From contig CAZLCE010000006.1 of assembly GCA_964558305.1 (NCBI GenBank), positions 3,231 to 67,230 of the forward strand: a stretch of 64,000 nt of DNA, read 5' to 3'. The notes beneath the pieces were generated by a model. It did not search any database. It was given only the letters and a program-made list of their open reading frames with translations, and was not told the origin of the DNA. A program made the position numbers and the translations under genes. This document shows, piece after piece, positions 8,833 to 18,220 of this stretch; positions within the stretch are counted from its first letter, which is position 1; each line of letters starts with the position of its first letter. Source of the DNA: an uncultured Candidatus Bathyarchaeia archaeon (GTDB lineage: Archaea > Thermoproteota > Bathyarchaeia > Bathyarchaeales > Bathycorpusculaceae).

Positions 8833-9612
8833 ATGCGAGTATCAATTCGAATGATTGGCATAGCTACAACGTTTTTTTGGATATTCCTAATCATTTTTTC
8901 CGTTTCTGCATTTTATTCTGTTAAGGATTTGCAGTTTGCTTTTGGAGAGCCGCAGATGAGTTTAACATCTGATAATGAACTGCTTTTTTCTTTGCCAATA
9001 ACCATTGCTAACCATGGATATTATGACGTTGGCTTCTTCAAAGTAATGACGGAAATATCAGATGACGAGGGTTTCATAATTATGCAAGGATCTACGCTTG
9101 TGCCTGTCATAGTGAAGGGTGAAAAAGTAGTTATTACGCATAATATGACGATAGATGTTGATGACATGTTACAGAGTAATCAAAGTTATTTGTTCAATGA
9201 TGCTGATTTAAAAATTTACGCGATGGTAGGCATGAGACTTGCTGAACTGATTCCGGTTCAAGCTTCCACAAACCTTTCTATGCCTTGGGGTGCACCCCTA
9301 TACAATTTCACGTTGGGAGAAGTCCAATACGCATCCTATAATCTGACCCACTTTAGAGTCACTGTTCCGATAAGCCTCGAAAACCACGCGTTCTTTGATT
9401 TAACTGGAACAATCCAGATACGCATGTATAACAGTACTGATTCTCTCTTTGGTGAAGGCCAAACCGACATTGCGGCTGGGCAACACTCTCCTTATAGCGG
9501 GTTTGTAGAGCTTTATGTTTCGACAGTGGCAATTAGTGAAAGCGGACATTTTGAAGTTTATTTTCAAACGCCACTTCTCAATTACGGACCCTTGGTGATT
9601 CCTTATGGCTAA
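8833..9612 (+). CDS. N-terminally anchored extracytoplasmic protein with two similar beta-rich halves (possibly LEA_2/NDR1-like)
   Basis: The ORF-track ORF starts at 8698. The ATG at 8833 (MRVSIRMIGIATTFFWIFLIIF, preceded by AAAAGGAG) avoids overlapping the previous gene and begins with the TM anchor. The LEA_2 resemblance is weak. Confidence 0.55.
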   Translation: MRVSIRMIGIATTFFWIFLIIFSVSAFYSVKDLQFAFGEPQMSLTSDNELLFSLPITIANHGYYDVGFFKVMTEISDDEGFIIMQGSTLVPVIVKGEKVVITHNMTIDVDDMLQSNQSYLFNDADLKIYAMVGMRLAELIPVQASTNLSMPWGAPLYNFTLGEVQYASYNLTHFRVTVPISLENHAFFDLTGTIQIRMYNSTDSLFGEGQTDIAAGQHSPYSGFVELYVSTVAISESGHFEVYFQTPLLNYGPLVIPYG

Positions 9613-10054
9613 TAACAGCAGCAATTCTAAGGGAACTCTTCAAAAACTCACGTTCAAAATCTTAAAAGCAACCATAAAAGGGGTTCTTTTCTACGCGGTC
9701 TACTTTGTTTTATGGATGTTCATTTCTCCAGTTTCAGAGTTGATTCCGGGTTTTCAGCAGATGGTTGAAGTCTTTGTCATCATATATGTCTTTTTAATCA
9801 TCGTTGGAGAGTTAACTTCTGGCACGATCTTTCAGCACTTTTTTAATGCAGCCAAATCATTGTTTACGATTTGCTATCTGATTCTCTCGTTGAACGGCGG
9901 AATGTTTGGCATAACCTTTCAGAATGTAAACTTGATGGTTGATCTTCGCTTGTTTTTGATAATTGCCATTTCTCTCGGTTTGTTAGGATTTGCAAAATCC
10001 GTGCTTCAGGGCATAAATTACATGAGCGAAAAGGCAGAAATCGCACGCATTTAG
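9605..10054 (+). CDS. Integral membrane protein (about 4 TM), function unknown
   Basis: 149 aa and hydrophobic. Overlaps the previous gene by 8 nt, so 8259-10054 probably forms one operon. Confidence 0.6.
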   Translation: MANNSSNSKGTLQKLTFKILKATIKGVLFYAVYFVLWMFISPVSELIPGFQQMVEVFVIIYVFLIIVGELTSGTIFQHFFNAAKSLFTICYLILSLNGGMFGITFQNVNLMVDLRLFLIIAISLGLLGFAKSVLQGINYMSEKAEIARI

Positions 10055-10060
10055 TTTTCT

Positions 10061-10567
10061 TCATTTATGTTTTGATGTAAATTCGCGGCTCATTAGGTGT
10101 GCGTCTTCTCCGTCTGCGTAATATCCATGAATTGTGCGAGTAATCTCAAATCCCAACTTCTTATAAAGGTTAACCGCAGGCTCATTAGTCATTCTAACCT
10201 CCAAAAAACACTGTTTCGCATTATACAATTGCATACCTTCCATAGCCTTAACAATTAACGCTTCTCCTATACCTTTACGTCTGTACGGAGGCAAAACAGC
10301 CACCGAAACAATGTGTCCCTTCTTAATCAAGCCCTTAAAACCAAAAGTTGACAAGCCAACTTCAATGCGGCACATTATGTAACCAACAACCTTTCCATTT
10401 TCCTCGGCAACAATGAAAGTTTCAGGAAATCTTTGGTACAAGTCGATGAAAAAGTAATCCGTGTAATTTTCTGGTAGACAAAGACGATTAATGTGCATAA
10501 CACTTTGCAAGTCGTTCATGTTGAATTTCCGCAGTTCAAATGTCTCCTGCAAACTTCGGTTCTCCAT
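10061..10567 (-). CDS. rimI: GNAT N-acetyltransferase, RimI / archaeal N-terminal acetyltransferase (Ard1-like)
   Basis: 168 aa. Acetyl-CoA binding motif VAVLPPYRRKGIGEAL (Q/RxxGxG/A). Confidence 0.8.
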   Translation of the reverse strand: MENRSLQETFELRKFNMNDLQSVMHINRLCLPENYTDYFFIDLYQRFPETFIVAEENGKVVGYIMCRIEVGLSTFGFKGLIKKGHIVSVAVLPPYRRKGIGEALIVKAMEGMQLYNAKQCFLEVRMTNEPAVNLYKKLGFEITRTIHGYYADGEDAHLMSREFTSKHK

Positions 10568-10624
10568 CCTGCTTTGATGCGTGAATTTTAAGAGAGGTTA
10601 ATCATCTTTCCTATTTAACTACTT

Positions 10625-11908
10625 TTAGGTGCTTAGCTCCTCGCTTGCTTTAACCTCTGGCAATGTAAAGTTTCCATAAGGCATTGTCCAAACCTTGGCG
10701 TTTTTCTCAACAATATTAAAAGCTTCGTTCAAGGCGTCATTTACTGCTCTCGCCGTTTTTAACTTGAAAATGCTCGTGGCATAATAATCAGGCATAGAAG
10801 AAACCAAAATTATCTGAACCTTCTGCAAAGCCCTCATCAAATAATAAGCCTTATGCCCACCCAAAACAAAATTGCGTTTAATTTCCTTCTCAACAACCTT
10901 CAAATCCTTAAACTTAACCATCCAATCATAAAACACCTGATTCCCATGTCCCTCTGGACACTCGGCAACTAAAATTATCACACCACCACGCTTAACAACC
11001 TCAAGCGCACTGTCAACACCCTTGTACGCTTGAAAAAGATTTACATCCGCTGGATATCCACCTGGACTAACAACAACAATGTCTGCCTTGCGGTCTACTG
11101 GTATGCGGTACATTTCATCAACAACTTTTACGCCTTCGAAAAAGACTTGCTCCAAATCTCCCGCAAAAGCCTTGACAACTTCACCTTTACTGTTAGTCAC
11201 AACATTCAAAACGAAGTCCACCTTAGCCAACCTTGCAGCTTCAACCATGTCCTCATGAACTGGGTTACCATCCAAAACTCCAGTTTTCGCGTCTGGATGC
11301 AAAATCATGGCATGATTATGCTTTATCGTTTCCTCGCCTGAAACTGCAGGCAAAACACTTTTCCTTCCGCCGCCATAACCTGCATAATAGTGAAATCCCA
11401 CGTCTCCAGTCAAAATTTTCACATCTGCCTCAGCGAAAACACGGTTCAAATAAACCTTCGTCCCATACTTCTGAGTTGTACCAACATAAACCAAATCTTG
11501 AGCCTTACAATCATGACTTACTGTTTTCACGCGTTTAAGGACTTCTTCGCCCAACAACCTAACTGCTTCTTCATGCGTAACAGCCCTATGCGTTCCACAA
11601 CCAAAAACAACCGTTACATTCTCATCCTTAACTCCAGCCATGTTTAACTCATCAAGTAATGGCGGAACCATGAGATGGCTTGGCGTGGGTCTAGTCGCGT
11701 CATCAACAACTATTGCCACTTTATTTTCAGTTTTCACGGTTTCGCTTAGCCTTTTAGAGCCAATAGGCTCCTTTATGGCTCTTTCAACTTCAGCCCGAGC
11801 GTCTGCTGTACTTGGTTTCTCTCTTGGCTCTATCAACCCCAAAAAATTTCGTGTGGGAATTCTCACGCAAGTCTCTGTTTTTCCATATGGAAGCCAAACG
11901 TCAACCAT
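10625..11908 (-). CDS. larA: LarA-family nickel-pincer-dependent racemase/epimerase (DUF2088)
   Basis: 427 aa. MVDVWLPYGKTE..IVVDDATRPTP..FGCGTHR..HYYAGYGGGRKSVLPAV motifs match lactate-racemase-like proteins. Confidence 0.85.
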   Translation of the reverse strand: MVDVWLPYGKTETCVRIPTRNFLGLIEPREKPSTADARAEVERAIKEPIGSKRLSETVKTENKVAIVVDDATRPTPSHLMVPPLLDELNMAGVKDENVTVVFGCGTHRAVTHEEAVRLLGEEVLKRVKTVSHDCKAQDLVYVGTTQKYGTKVYLNRVFAEADVKILTGDVGFHYYAGYGGGRKSVLPAVSGEETIKHNHAMILHPDAKTGVLDGNPVHEDMVEAARLAKVDFVLNVVTNSKGEVVKAFAGDLEQVFFEGVKVVDEMYRIPVDRKADIVVVSPGGYPADVNLFQAYKGVDSALEVVKRGGVIILVAECPEGHGNQVFYDWMVKFKDLKVVEKEIKRNFVLGGHKAYYLMRALQKVQIILVSSMPDYYATSIFKLKTARAVNDALNEAFNIVEKNAKVWTMPYGNFTLPEVKASEELST

Positions 11909-12025
11909 GAAGCATCACTATGGATATGAAAAAACGTAAACAGCAACTATTAAGCCTTTATCAAGAATAAAAGGAATCAAAAATTCTTTAAAATCCAACA
12001 GACATAATTATTAGGTTGTGAGGAA

Positions 12026-12724
12026 TTGAATATGTCAATCGAAAAAACACCTGCAAAAAACGAAATCTTATTCGTATGGTTTAACAACTATGCAGGAACA
12101 GCCATAAAAACTCCCTCAAAAACACTAATTGTAGACCCAGTAGACATTAAACCCCGAGACTTCAAAAATGTTGACGCAATTCTAATTACACACGAACATT
12201 ACGACCATTTCGACCAATCACTTGTTTCAGAAATCCACAAACTAACACAATGCACGATTATAGCTGACCAAACCTCAGCGAGAAGATTGAGAAACGTGAT
12301 TTCTTCAGAAAAATTAAGTGAAGTTCAACCCGGCTCAGAAGTGAAACTTGATAAAGTTTCTGTAAAAGCTGAAAAATGTAATCATCCTGCAGCCACACCA
12401 GTTTCCTTCATAATAACAAGCGAAGACGGCGTCAAAATCTTCCACTCAGCAGACAGTTTACCCTTCCCAGAAATGGCAACCATTGGCGAAAGAGAGAAAC
12501 TTGATGTTGTCTTCTGCACTGTGGGGGCGATTGCGCCTGGCGCATCACCGGAAACTGGCGTTGAAATTGCAAGATTAACAAAACCTAAAGTGGCAGTTCC
12601 CTATCATACAGGCTCGACAGCAGACTTGAAGAAATTCGCTGAAATTCTAAAGAAGGAAATGCCAAAAACTACATGCCTGATAGCTGAAATTGGCAAAATC
12701 TATCAGGTTTCCAAGAGGGCGTGA
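12026..12724 (+). CDS. MBL-fold metallo-hydrolase
   Basis: 232 aa with an ILITHEHYDHFD (HxHxDH) motif. Confidence 0.8.
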   Translation: MNMSIEKTPAKNEILFVWFNNYAGTAIKTPSKTLIVDPVDIKPRDFKNVDAILITHEHYDHFDQSLVSEIHKLTQCTIIADQTSARRLRNVISSEKLSEVQPGSEVKLDKVSVKAEKCNHPAATPVSFIITSEDGVKIFHSADSLPFPEMATIGEREKLDVVFCTVGAIAPGASPETGVEIARLTKPKVAVPYHTGSTADLKKFAEILKKEMPKTTCLIAEIGKIYQVSKRA

Positions 12725-13358
12725 AACATTGCCCAAAGAAAAAGGCAGCGAAGCCATTAAAGTTGAAATTTGCAGAATTCTGAACAAGATAGGTGCATTG
12801 CAATTCGGAGCCTTCAAACTGTCAAGCGGAAAAATAAGCCCCTATTATATAGATCTGAGGATAGTTCCAAGCTTTCCCGATGCTTTTCACAAAGTCTGCG
12901 ATTTCTACGTAAACTTCATAAAAAATGAGATAGGCGTAAAGAATTTTGAGAGAATAGCCGGAATTCCAGTTGCTGGCATACCATTTGCATCCCTAATCGC
13001 TTACAATCTAAGGAAGCCGTTTCTGTACATACGTAAAGGTGTACGTCTTCATGGAAGACAAAAAAGAATAGAAGGAATCCTCGCCCCCGGAGACCGCATC
13101 TTGATAATTGACGACCTAATCACGACAGGACTATCATTAAGAAAGGCAGCAAAAGTCTTAACTGCAGAGGGTGGAGTGGTGACTGACGCGCTTGTGCTTT
13201 TAGACAGGGAAGAAGGTGGAAGAGAAAAACTTGAAAAAAGCGGAATAGAACTTCATGCGCTGCTTAACATTAGCGAAATAGTCAACAAGCTGTACGAGAT
13301 AGGAGCGATAGAGGAAGAACAGCTGAAAACAATTTTGAAGCAAATTAAAAAGAGATAA
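12690..13358 (+). CDS. pyrE: Orotate phosphoribosyltransferase
   Basis: GALQFGAFKLSSGKISPYYIDLR and the PRPP loop ILIIDDLITTG. The true start may be the TTG at 12729, just after the upstream stop at 12724, rather than 12690. Confidence 0.9.
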   Translation: MAKSIRFPRGRETLPKEKGSEAIKVEICRILNKIGALQFGAFKLSSGKISPYYIDLRIVPSFPDAFHKVCDFYVNFIKNEIGVKNFERIAGIPVAGIPFASLIAYNLRKPFLYIRKGVRLHGRQKRIEGILAPGDRILIIDDLITTGLSLRKAAKVLTAEGGVVTDALVLLDREEGGREKLEKSGIELHALLNISEIVNKLYEIGAIEEEQLKTILKQIKKR

Positions 13359-13375
13359 AGAAGTGGAAAAGGTTT

Positions 13376-13936
13376 TCATTCGTAGAATATGAGTTCTTGT
13401 TCCTCGAGTATTTTGTGAAGCTTGTGCACAGCATCATAAACGTCTTGTTCTTTCTTTGCTCCAGTGCAAACCAATTTCCCGCTTGCAAACAACAGTATCA
13501 CAACCTTAGGCTCATCCATCCTGTAGATTAGTCCCGGAAACTGTTCGGGTTCATACATCGTTTTTCCAAGGGTATAAGCCGACTTTTCCAAATCTATCAT
13601 TCCACCTAAGCTGGCAGAGGCAACAATATTTTGAATTTTTAGCTCTGGTTTGCTGATGATTATTATCCCGCCTTTTTTCAATTCTTTAATAACCTTCATA
13701 ACAGCTCTACGTGCTTCTTTTTCCGATTTTGCGCCTGTGCAAACCATTTTTCCAGAGTTAAAAATCAACGTAGCTGTCTTCGGTCTCTTAAGCCTAAACA
13801 CCAATCCAGGAAACTGTTCTGGACGGTATTCTACGCCTGGATAACCTTTAACGACAGCGTTTAAGTCAACTTTCTGGTTCAGGGTTGCAGAAGCAACAAC
13901 ATTTTCAATGTTTATTACAGCTTTAATTTTCGGCAT
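13376..13936 (-). CDS. tbp: TATA-box binding protein
   Basis: 186 aa with two direct repeats (IENVVASATL..FPGLVFRL / IQNIVASASL..FPGLIYRM). Confidence 0.95.
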   Translation of the reverse strand: MPKIKAVINIENVVASATLNQKVDLNAVVKGYPGVEYRPEQFPGLVFRLKRPKTATLIFNSGKMVCTGAKSEKEARRAVMKVIKELKKGGIIIISKPELKIQNIVASASLGGMIDLEKSAYTLGKTMYEPEQFPGLIYRMDEPKVVILLFASGKLVCTGAKKEQDVYDAVHKLHKILEEQELIFYE

Positions 13937-13974
13937 TAAACATCACTTCTTATTACTGAATGTTTATATACCCT

Positions 13975-14676
13975 TTATAAAGCCTTGTCTTCAAAAGCTT
14001 TCTCCACACCTTCTTTCTCTTCTATTTTTGCTTCTTTCCGTGTGAATGCTGGGATTACGAATTCTGTGACTACAAGGATAATTAATAGAACGATTATTAT
14101 GAGCATTCCTGAACTATTATGCATAAAAAGCGCAACATGTCCAATCCAAGGAACACGCAGAACAACTTTACCGACCAAAAGCTTTTCGGAAACCATGCCG
14201 CTCCAAGAATAGTTTTCCCCTCTGTAATCCCATGACCATTGGTCTCCTGAGGGACTTGGACTGCCATCGCCTCTCGTCCTAAAATAAATTAATCCATTGT
14301 CCTCTCTGGTAACGTTGGCTATTGCTCTGTGAACTATCAATTCGTCAGCATCTGCGGCATTAGACCTCGGTTTGTGAAATACTATTATGTCTCCTTCGGG
14401 ATATGCGGCGGCTTTAATGTCTTTTGGATCTACTCCTTGAACAATGATTAAATCTCCAATGTGAAGCGTATGTTCGAATGGATGTGTCCATCCATCGCAC
14501 CGCATGTATTCCACTTGGCACATGCTGCCAGAGGCTACGGCTAATGCTGGATGTTCTGTATTTAATGCTAATTGCGTGCCATACCAGAATCCAAAAACAA
14601 CTACTACAATGAGAATAACCATCACTGCAGTTTTAAAGTACTCGTTTTTCCAGAGTTTTTTAATTGTCGCCGTCAA
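13975..14676 (-). CDS. Signal peptidase I, archaeal/ER type (S26B)
   Basis: 233 aa. N-terminal TM segment, a catalytic Ser motif VASGSM, a conserved GDLIIV box and a C-terminal TM segment. Confidence 0.8.
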   Translation of the reverse strand: MTATIKKLWKNEYFKTAVMVILIVVVVFGFWYGTQLALNTEHPALAVASGSMCQVEYMRCDGWTHPFEHTLHIGDLIIVQGVDPKDIKAAAYPEGDIIVFHKPRSNAADADELIVHRAIANVTREDNGLIYFRTRGDGSPSPSGDQWSWDYRGENYSWSGMVSEKLLVGKVVLRVPWIGHVALFMHNSSGMLIIIVLLIILVVTEFVIPAFTRKEAKIEEKEGVEKAFEDKAL

Positions 14677-14778
14677 TGCTGTTCCTTCTGTTCGATGAAG
14701 TGTTCTTGATGATTTAGGCTTAGATGTTTTAAAACTTAACGCTTTGAAAAATGAAAAATAGGGGGAAGGAATGCAAGC

Positions 14779-14988
14779 TTAAAGTTCTACGCCTTCAGCG
14801 CCTAGTTTGGCTTTACTTACGATTCCCTTGAATTTCTTGCCACATTTGGGGCATTCGTACATGCCGAATATTGTTACTGTGATTCTCATTTTTTTGTCTG
14901 GAAATGGGGCGATTAGCTCCCACGTTTTATATGGGTCTTTTGGTGGTGTTCCACATTCTGGGCAGAGGTTTTCTCTTGCTTTCGGCAT
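14779..14988 (-). CDS. Small zinc-ribbon protein (2 x CPxC)
   Basis: 69 aa: CPECG..W..M..G.YECPKCGKKF. It is a paralog of the adjacent 56-aa ORF. Confidence 0.6.
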   Translation of the reverse strand: MPKARENLCPECGTPPKDPYKTWELIAPFPDKKMRITVTIFGMYECPKCGKKFKGIVSKAKLGAEGVEL

Positions 14989-15013
14989 GTTAAGTTGCCA
15001 GCGTTCTGTGCGT

Positions 15014-15184
15014 TTAAATTTTCTTCTTGCTTAGTACTTCTCGGAATGGTTTCTTACACTTTGGACAGTCGAACAGTCCGATTTCCAACTGCATTCTTTT
15101 TCCTGATTTGTCTGGGCGTCCAGCCATTGTCCACTTCTTCTTTGGTGACGAGACAACGGTTCCGCATTTTGGACATTTAGCCAT
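15014..15184 (-). CDS. Small zinc-ribbon protein (2 x CPxC), paralog of 14779-14988
   Basis: Not in the ORF track (56 aa, and the shortest ORF listed there is 60 aa). My translation: MAKCPKCGTVVSSPKKKWTMAGRPDKSGKRMQLEIGLFDCPKCKKPFREVLSKKKI. It has the same CPxCG..KxW..M..G.F/Y.CPKC.K.F layout as its neighbour. The track ORF 15031-15216 is a different frame of the same DNA. Confidence 0.55.
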   Translation of the reverse strand: MAKCPKCGTVVSSPKKKWTMAGRPDKSGKRMQLEIGLFDCPKCKKPFREVLSKKKI

Positions 15185-15368
15185 TTAATTTCCTCCAATA
15201 TGTTCTCGATAACCATGGTTTCTTATGATGATACATAAAAAACTTTCCATTGTTTTCGAATAGAAAACCTAAACTTGAACATTATAGTTAAACATTTTTG
15301 TCGCAAAAAACCATGAAGGCATTGCAAAGGCTTTTAAGTTAAAGCCTAAAAAATGCGTATGTAACTGG

Positions 15369-16799
15369 ATGGAATTGCCCATGGAGGAAGATTTGGCTCT
15401 ATTTGCTGTTGAATATGCTTCTAAAATTGGTGCAGACTATGTTGATGCAAGGCTTGAAGATCATTATAATGAGCTTATAACTGTTGCTGACGGCAAAGTT
15501 CAGCGGGGAATCATCAATCGCAAACGCGGAATAGGTATCAGAACATTAGTTAATGGTGCATGGGGTTTTCAGTCGACAACAGATTTAAGCAAAAAAGGCG
15601 TAAAGCAAGCGGCTCAAATTGCATTAAAAATAGCAAAAGCGTCAAGCAAACACGTCCCATCACCGGTAAACCTTGCGCCCACAAAAGCCTACAAAGCCTC
15701 CTACAAGGCTAAAGTGAAAGTTGACCTTGAGAATGTAGCCTTTGAAGACAAGTTGAAGCAAATAATCGTTTGGGAGAAAAAACTTCACACATCCAAGAAA
15801 ATAGTTCGAGGACTTGCAGAATACACTGGAATAAAAATCAATAAAACCTTTGTGAATAGCGAGGGCGCAAATATTCGTTTTGCCAACTCGGTAACGTGGA
15901 TTTCATTAAAAGCAGATTCCAAGAAGGGTGCTATGACGCAGTTTTACGAGAAAACAGTTGGTCATTCGGGAGGATACGAGTTATTCCAAAAGAACGACAT
16001 GGAGAAAATAAGCTCAGAAATAGGACGTAAAGCAGAAAGCCTCCTAAACGCCAAAGCTGCCAAAACCGAAAAAAACGCTACAGTGATCCTTGACAGTGAA
16101 TATGTCGCATTGCTTGTCCACGAAATTGTTGGACATCCAAGTGAAGCTGACAGGGTTCTTGGACGTGAGGCAGCTTGGGCTGGAACAACGTGGTGGGCTG
16201 GAAAAATCGGCGAGAAAATAGGTTCAGACTACTTCACAGCTTATGATGATCCAACAATTCCAAGTACTTTGGGCTATTACCTATATGATGATGAGGGCGT
16301 GAAAGCCGAGCGAAAAGTGCTTGTTGATAAAGGTGTTTTGAAAGGGCACATGCAGAGTCGTGAAACTGCTGCCATTTTCGGCGTTGAACCGAACGCTGGA
16401 ATGCGGGCAATAACGTTTGAATATATCCCATTAATACGCATGTCAAACACTTTCTTTGGCGAAGGCGACTGGAAAAAAGAAGAATTGATTGAGGAGACTA
16501 AACATGGATACTTAATCTCATGTATGCGCCATCCATCAATAGATGATAAACGTTACAACTGGACGATCAGTGGTCAAGAAGCATACGAAATAAAAAACGG
16601 CGAACTAACCACACATTTAAGAGACGTGGCACTGACATCCATAGCACCTAAATTCTTCAAAAGCATAAACGCAACCACAAAAAAAGTTGAAATTTCACCT
16701 TTACCAGGATGCGGAAAAGGCGATCCAATGCAAGCATTATACGTTGGAAACGGCGGTCCATACCTTCGTGGAATAGCCACACTTTTGGGGGTGCAATAA
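15369..16799 (+). CDS. tldD: TldD-family metalloprotease
   Basis: 476 aa with an HEIVGHPSE (HExxxH) motif. Followed 3 nt later by its PmbA/TldE partner. Confidence 0.9.
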   Translation: MELPMEEDLALFAVEYASKIGADYVDARLEDHYNELITVADGKVQRGIINRKRGIGIRTLVNGAWGFQSTTDLSKKGVKQAAQIALKIAKASSKHVPSPVNLAPTKAYKASYKAKVKVDLENVAFEDKLKQIIVWEKKLHTSKKIVRGLAEYTGIKINKTFVNSEGANIRFANSVTWISLKADSKKGAMTQFYEKTVGHSGGYELFQKNDMEKISSEIGRKAESLLNAKAAKTEKNATVILDSEYVALLVHEIVGHPSEADRVLGREAAWAGTTWWAGKIGEKIGSDYFTAYDDPTIPSTLGYYLYDDEGVKAERKVLVDKGVLKGHMQSRETAAIFGVEPNAGMRAITFEYIPLIRMSNTFFGEGDWKKEELIEETKHGYLISCMRHPSIDDKRYNWTISGQEAYEIKNGELTTHLRDVALTSIAPKFFKSINATTKKVEISPLPGCGKGDPMQALYVGNGGPYLRGIATLLGVQ

Positions 16800-16802
16800 A
16801 CA

Positions 16803-18206
16803 ATGGCGTCAATTTTGCCCATTCTCAAAGAAGCTGGGGAAAGAATTTTGAAAATTGCTGAGAAACAAGGCTTGGATGAAGCTGAGGCTTATCTCGTTTC
16901 AAACAAATTGTTAACCATACGGCTAGCGAACAACGCTGTTTTTGAATCTAAGGGCGTGTATGATATAGGCGTTGGAGTTAGAGTGATTAAAGGCAACATG
17001 TTAGGCTTCAGCTCAACAGCAAACCTCACCAAAAATTCTCTGGAAAAACTCGTGGACACTGCTGCTTCCACGGCAAAAGCCAGAAAACTGCCCTTCAAAT
17101 ATTCTCTTCCAAAGCCCGGAAAAATATCGAAGGTTTCGGGAATATATGATAAGAAGTTGGCTACGCTTCCCTCAGAAAAAGCTGTGGAACTTGCCTATGA
17201 CATGGTAGACTCATCATTAGCGCAAAACAAGAAAATTAAGGATAATGCTGGCGTGTTGAACATCGTGAACTTTGAAAACTTGGTTTTGAATACCAATGGA
17301 GTTTCAGCTAAAAACATGGGAACGTTCTTCGAAGCAAGTTTAAGTGCAACAGCCAAGAGTGGTGGAAACGTCTCCGAGGGTTCTGATGCGACTGCGGGCA
17401 GAAGCTTGAAAGAGTTGAAGCCTAAGGATGTTGGGGAAAAAGCGGCGGAAATGGCTGTTTCTGGTTTGAAATGTCAAAAGTTAAAGGAAGACACGTACAC
17501 GATAATACTGGATTATGAACCGACACAAGAAATTCTTGGATACATAACAATGCTCGTAAGCCCAATGTTTGCAAGGCTTTACTTCCCATTATTCCTAGAT
17601 AAGCCCGGCAAAAGAGTAGCTAGTCCACAGATAACTCTATTTGACGATCCACTCATGCCCAAAGGCATGGGTTCAGAGTCAGCTGATGAGGAAGGAACTC
17701 CATCCAAAAAGCAAGTGATAATTGACAAAGGCATCTTGAAGAGCTTTGTTTATGACAGTTTTTACGCGGCTATTGAAAAGAAGAAAACAACCGGAAACGC
17801 TGTGAGGGCGTCATTTGCGGTAGGCGTAAGCTCTTTTCCAGGCAAAAACTATAATGCTGAACCAATTCCACTGCTTAGAAATCCACACTTTAAGCCTGGA
17901 AAATGGAAGAGAGAAGAAATCCTAGAAGAAACGAAGCAGGGCTTGCTTGTCCGTCGTTTCCATTACACTCGATTGACAAATCCAACACGCGGAGACTTTA
18001 CAAGTGTTTTGCGGATGGGACTATACAAAGTTAAAAATGGCGAAATAGTCAGCGCAATAGCTAAATCTAGGCTCTTGGATAACTTGCTGAATATCTTGCA
18101 GAATGTAGATGCTGTTTCTGACAAGTTTGTTGTGGCTGGAAACTGGGGAAACTACTGCCACGCTTCAGTGATAAGGACAAAGGCGCATGTAGCTCCAATA
18201 GACTAA
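16803..18206 (+). CDS. pmbA: PmbA/TldE-family protein (TldD partner)
   Basis: 467 aa. Similar in length and layout to TldD but lacks the HExxxH motif. Tightly coupled to tldD. Confidence 0.85.
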   Translation: MASILPILKEAGERILKIAEKQGLDEAEAYLVSNKLLTIRLANNAVFESKGVYDIGVGVRVIKGNMLGFSSTANLTKNSLEKLVDTAASTAKARKLPFKYSLPKPGKISKVSGIYDKKLATLPSEKAVELAYDMVDSSLAQNKKIKDNAGVLNIVNFENLVLNTNGVSAKNMGTFFEASLSATAKSGGNVSEGSDATAGRSLKELKPKDVGEKAAEMAVSGLKCQKLKEDTYTIILDYEPTQEILGYITMLVSPMFARLYFPLFLDKPGKRVASPQITLFDDPLMPKGMGSESADEEGTPSKKQVIIDKGILKSFVYDSFYAAIEKKKTTGNAVRASFAVGVSSFPGKNYNAEPIPLLRNPHFKPGKWKREEILEETKQGLLVRRFHYTRLTNPTRGDFTSVLRMGLYKVKNGEIVSAIAKSRLLDNLLNILQNVDAVSDKFVVAGNWGNYCHASVIRTKAHVAPID

Positions 18207-18220
18207 TTTTCCATTTTTCT

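Noticed and set aside
15031-15216. The track ORF of 61 aa (MVIENILEEIKWLNVQNAEP...).
   Set aside because: A different frame of the same DNA (15014-15184) encodes a clean 2xCPxC zinc ribbon that is paralogous to the neighbouring gene, so the track ORF is probably the spurious frame.
15225-15231. C-box-like ATGATGA at 15225-15231, and a TGATGA at 19913-19918, as possible C/D-box sRNAs.
   Set aside because: There are no matching D'/D (CTGA) boxes at the required spacing of about 12 nt, and no C' box.
15328-15347. A 7-bp inverted repeat AGGCTTT-N6-AAAGCCT upstream of tldD.
   Set aside because: It is short, is not followed by a T-run on either strand in terminator orientation, and has no second copy. 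That is too weak to call a regulatory site.
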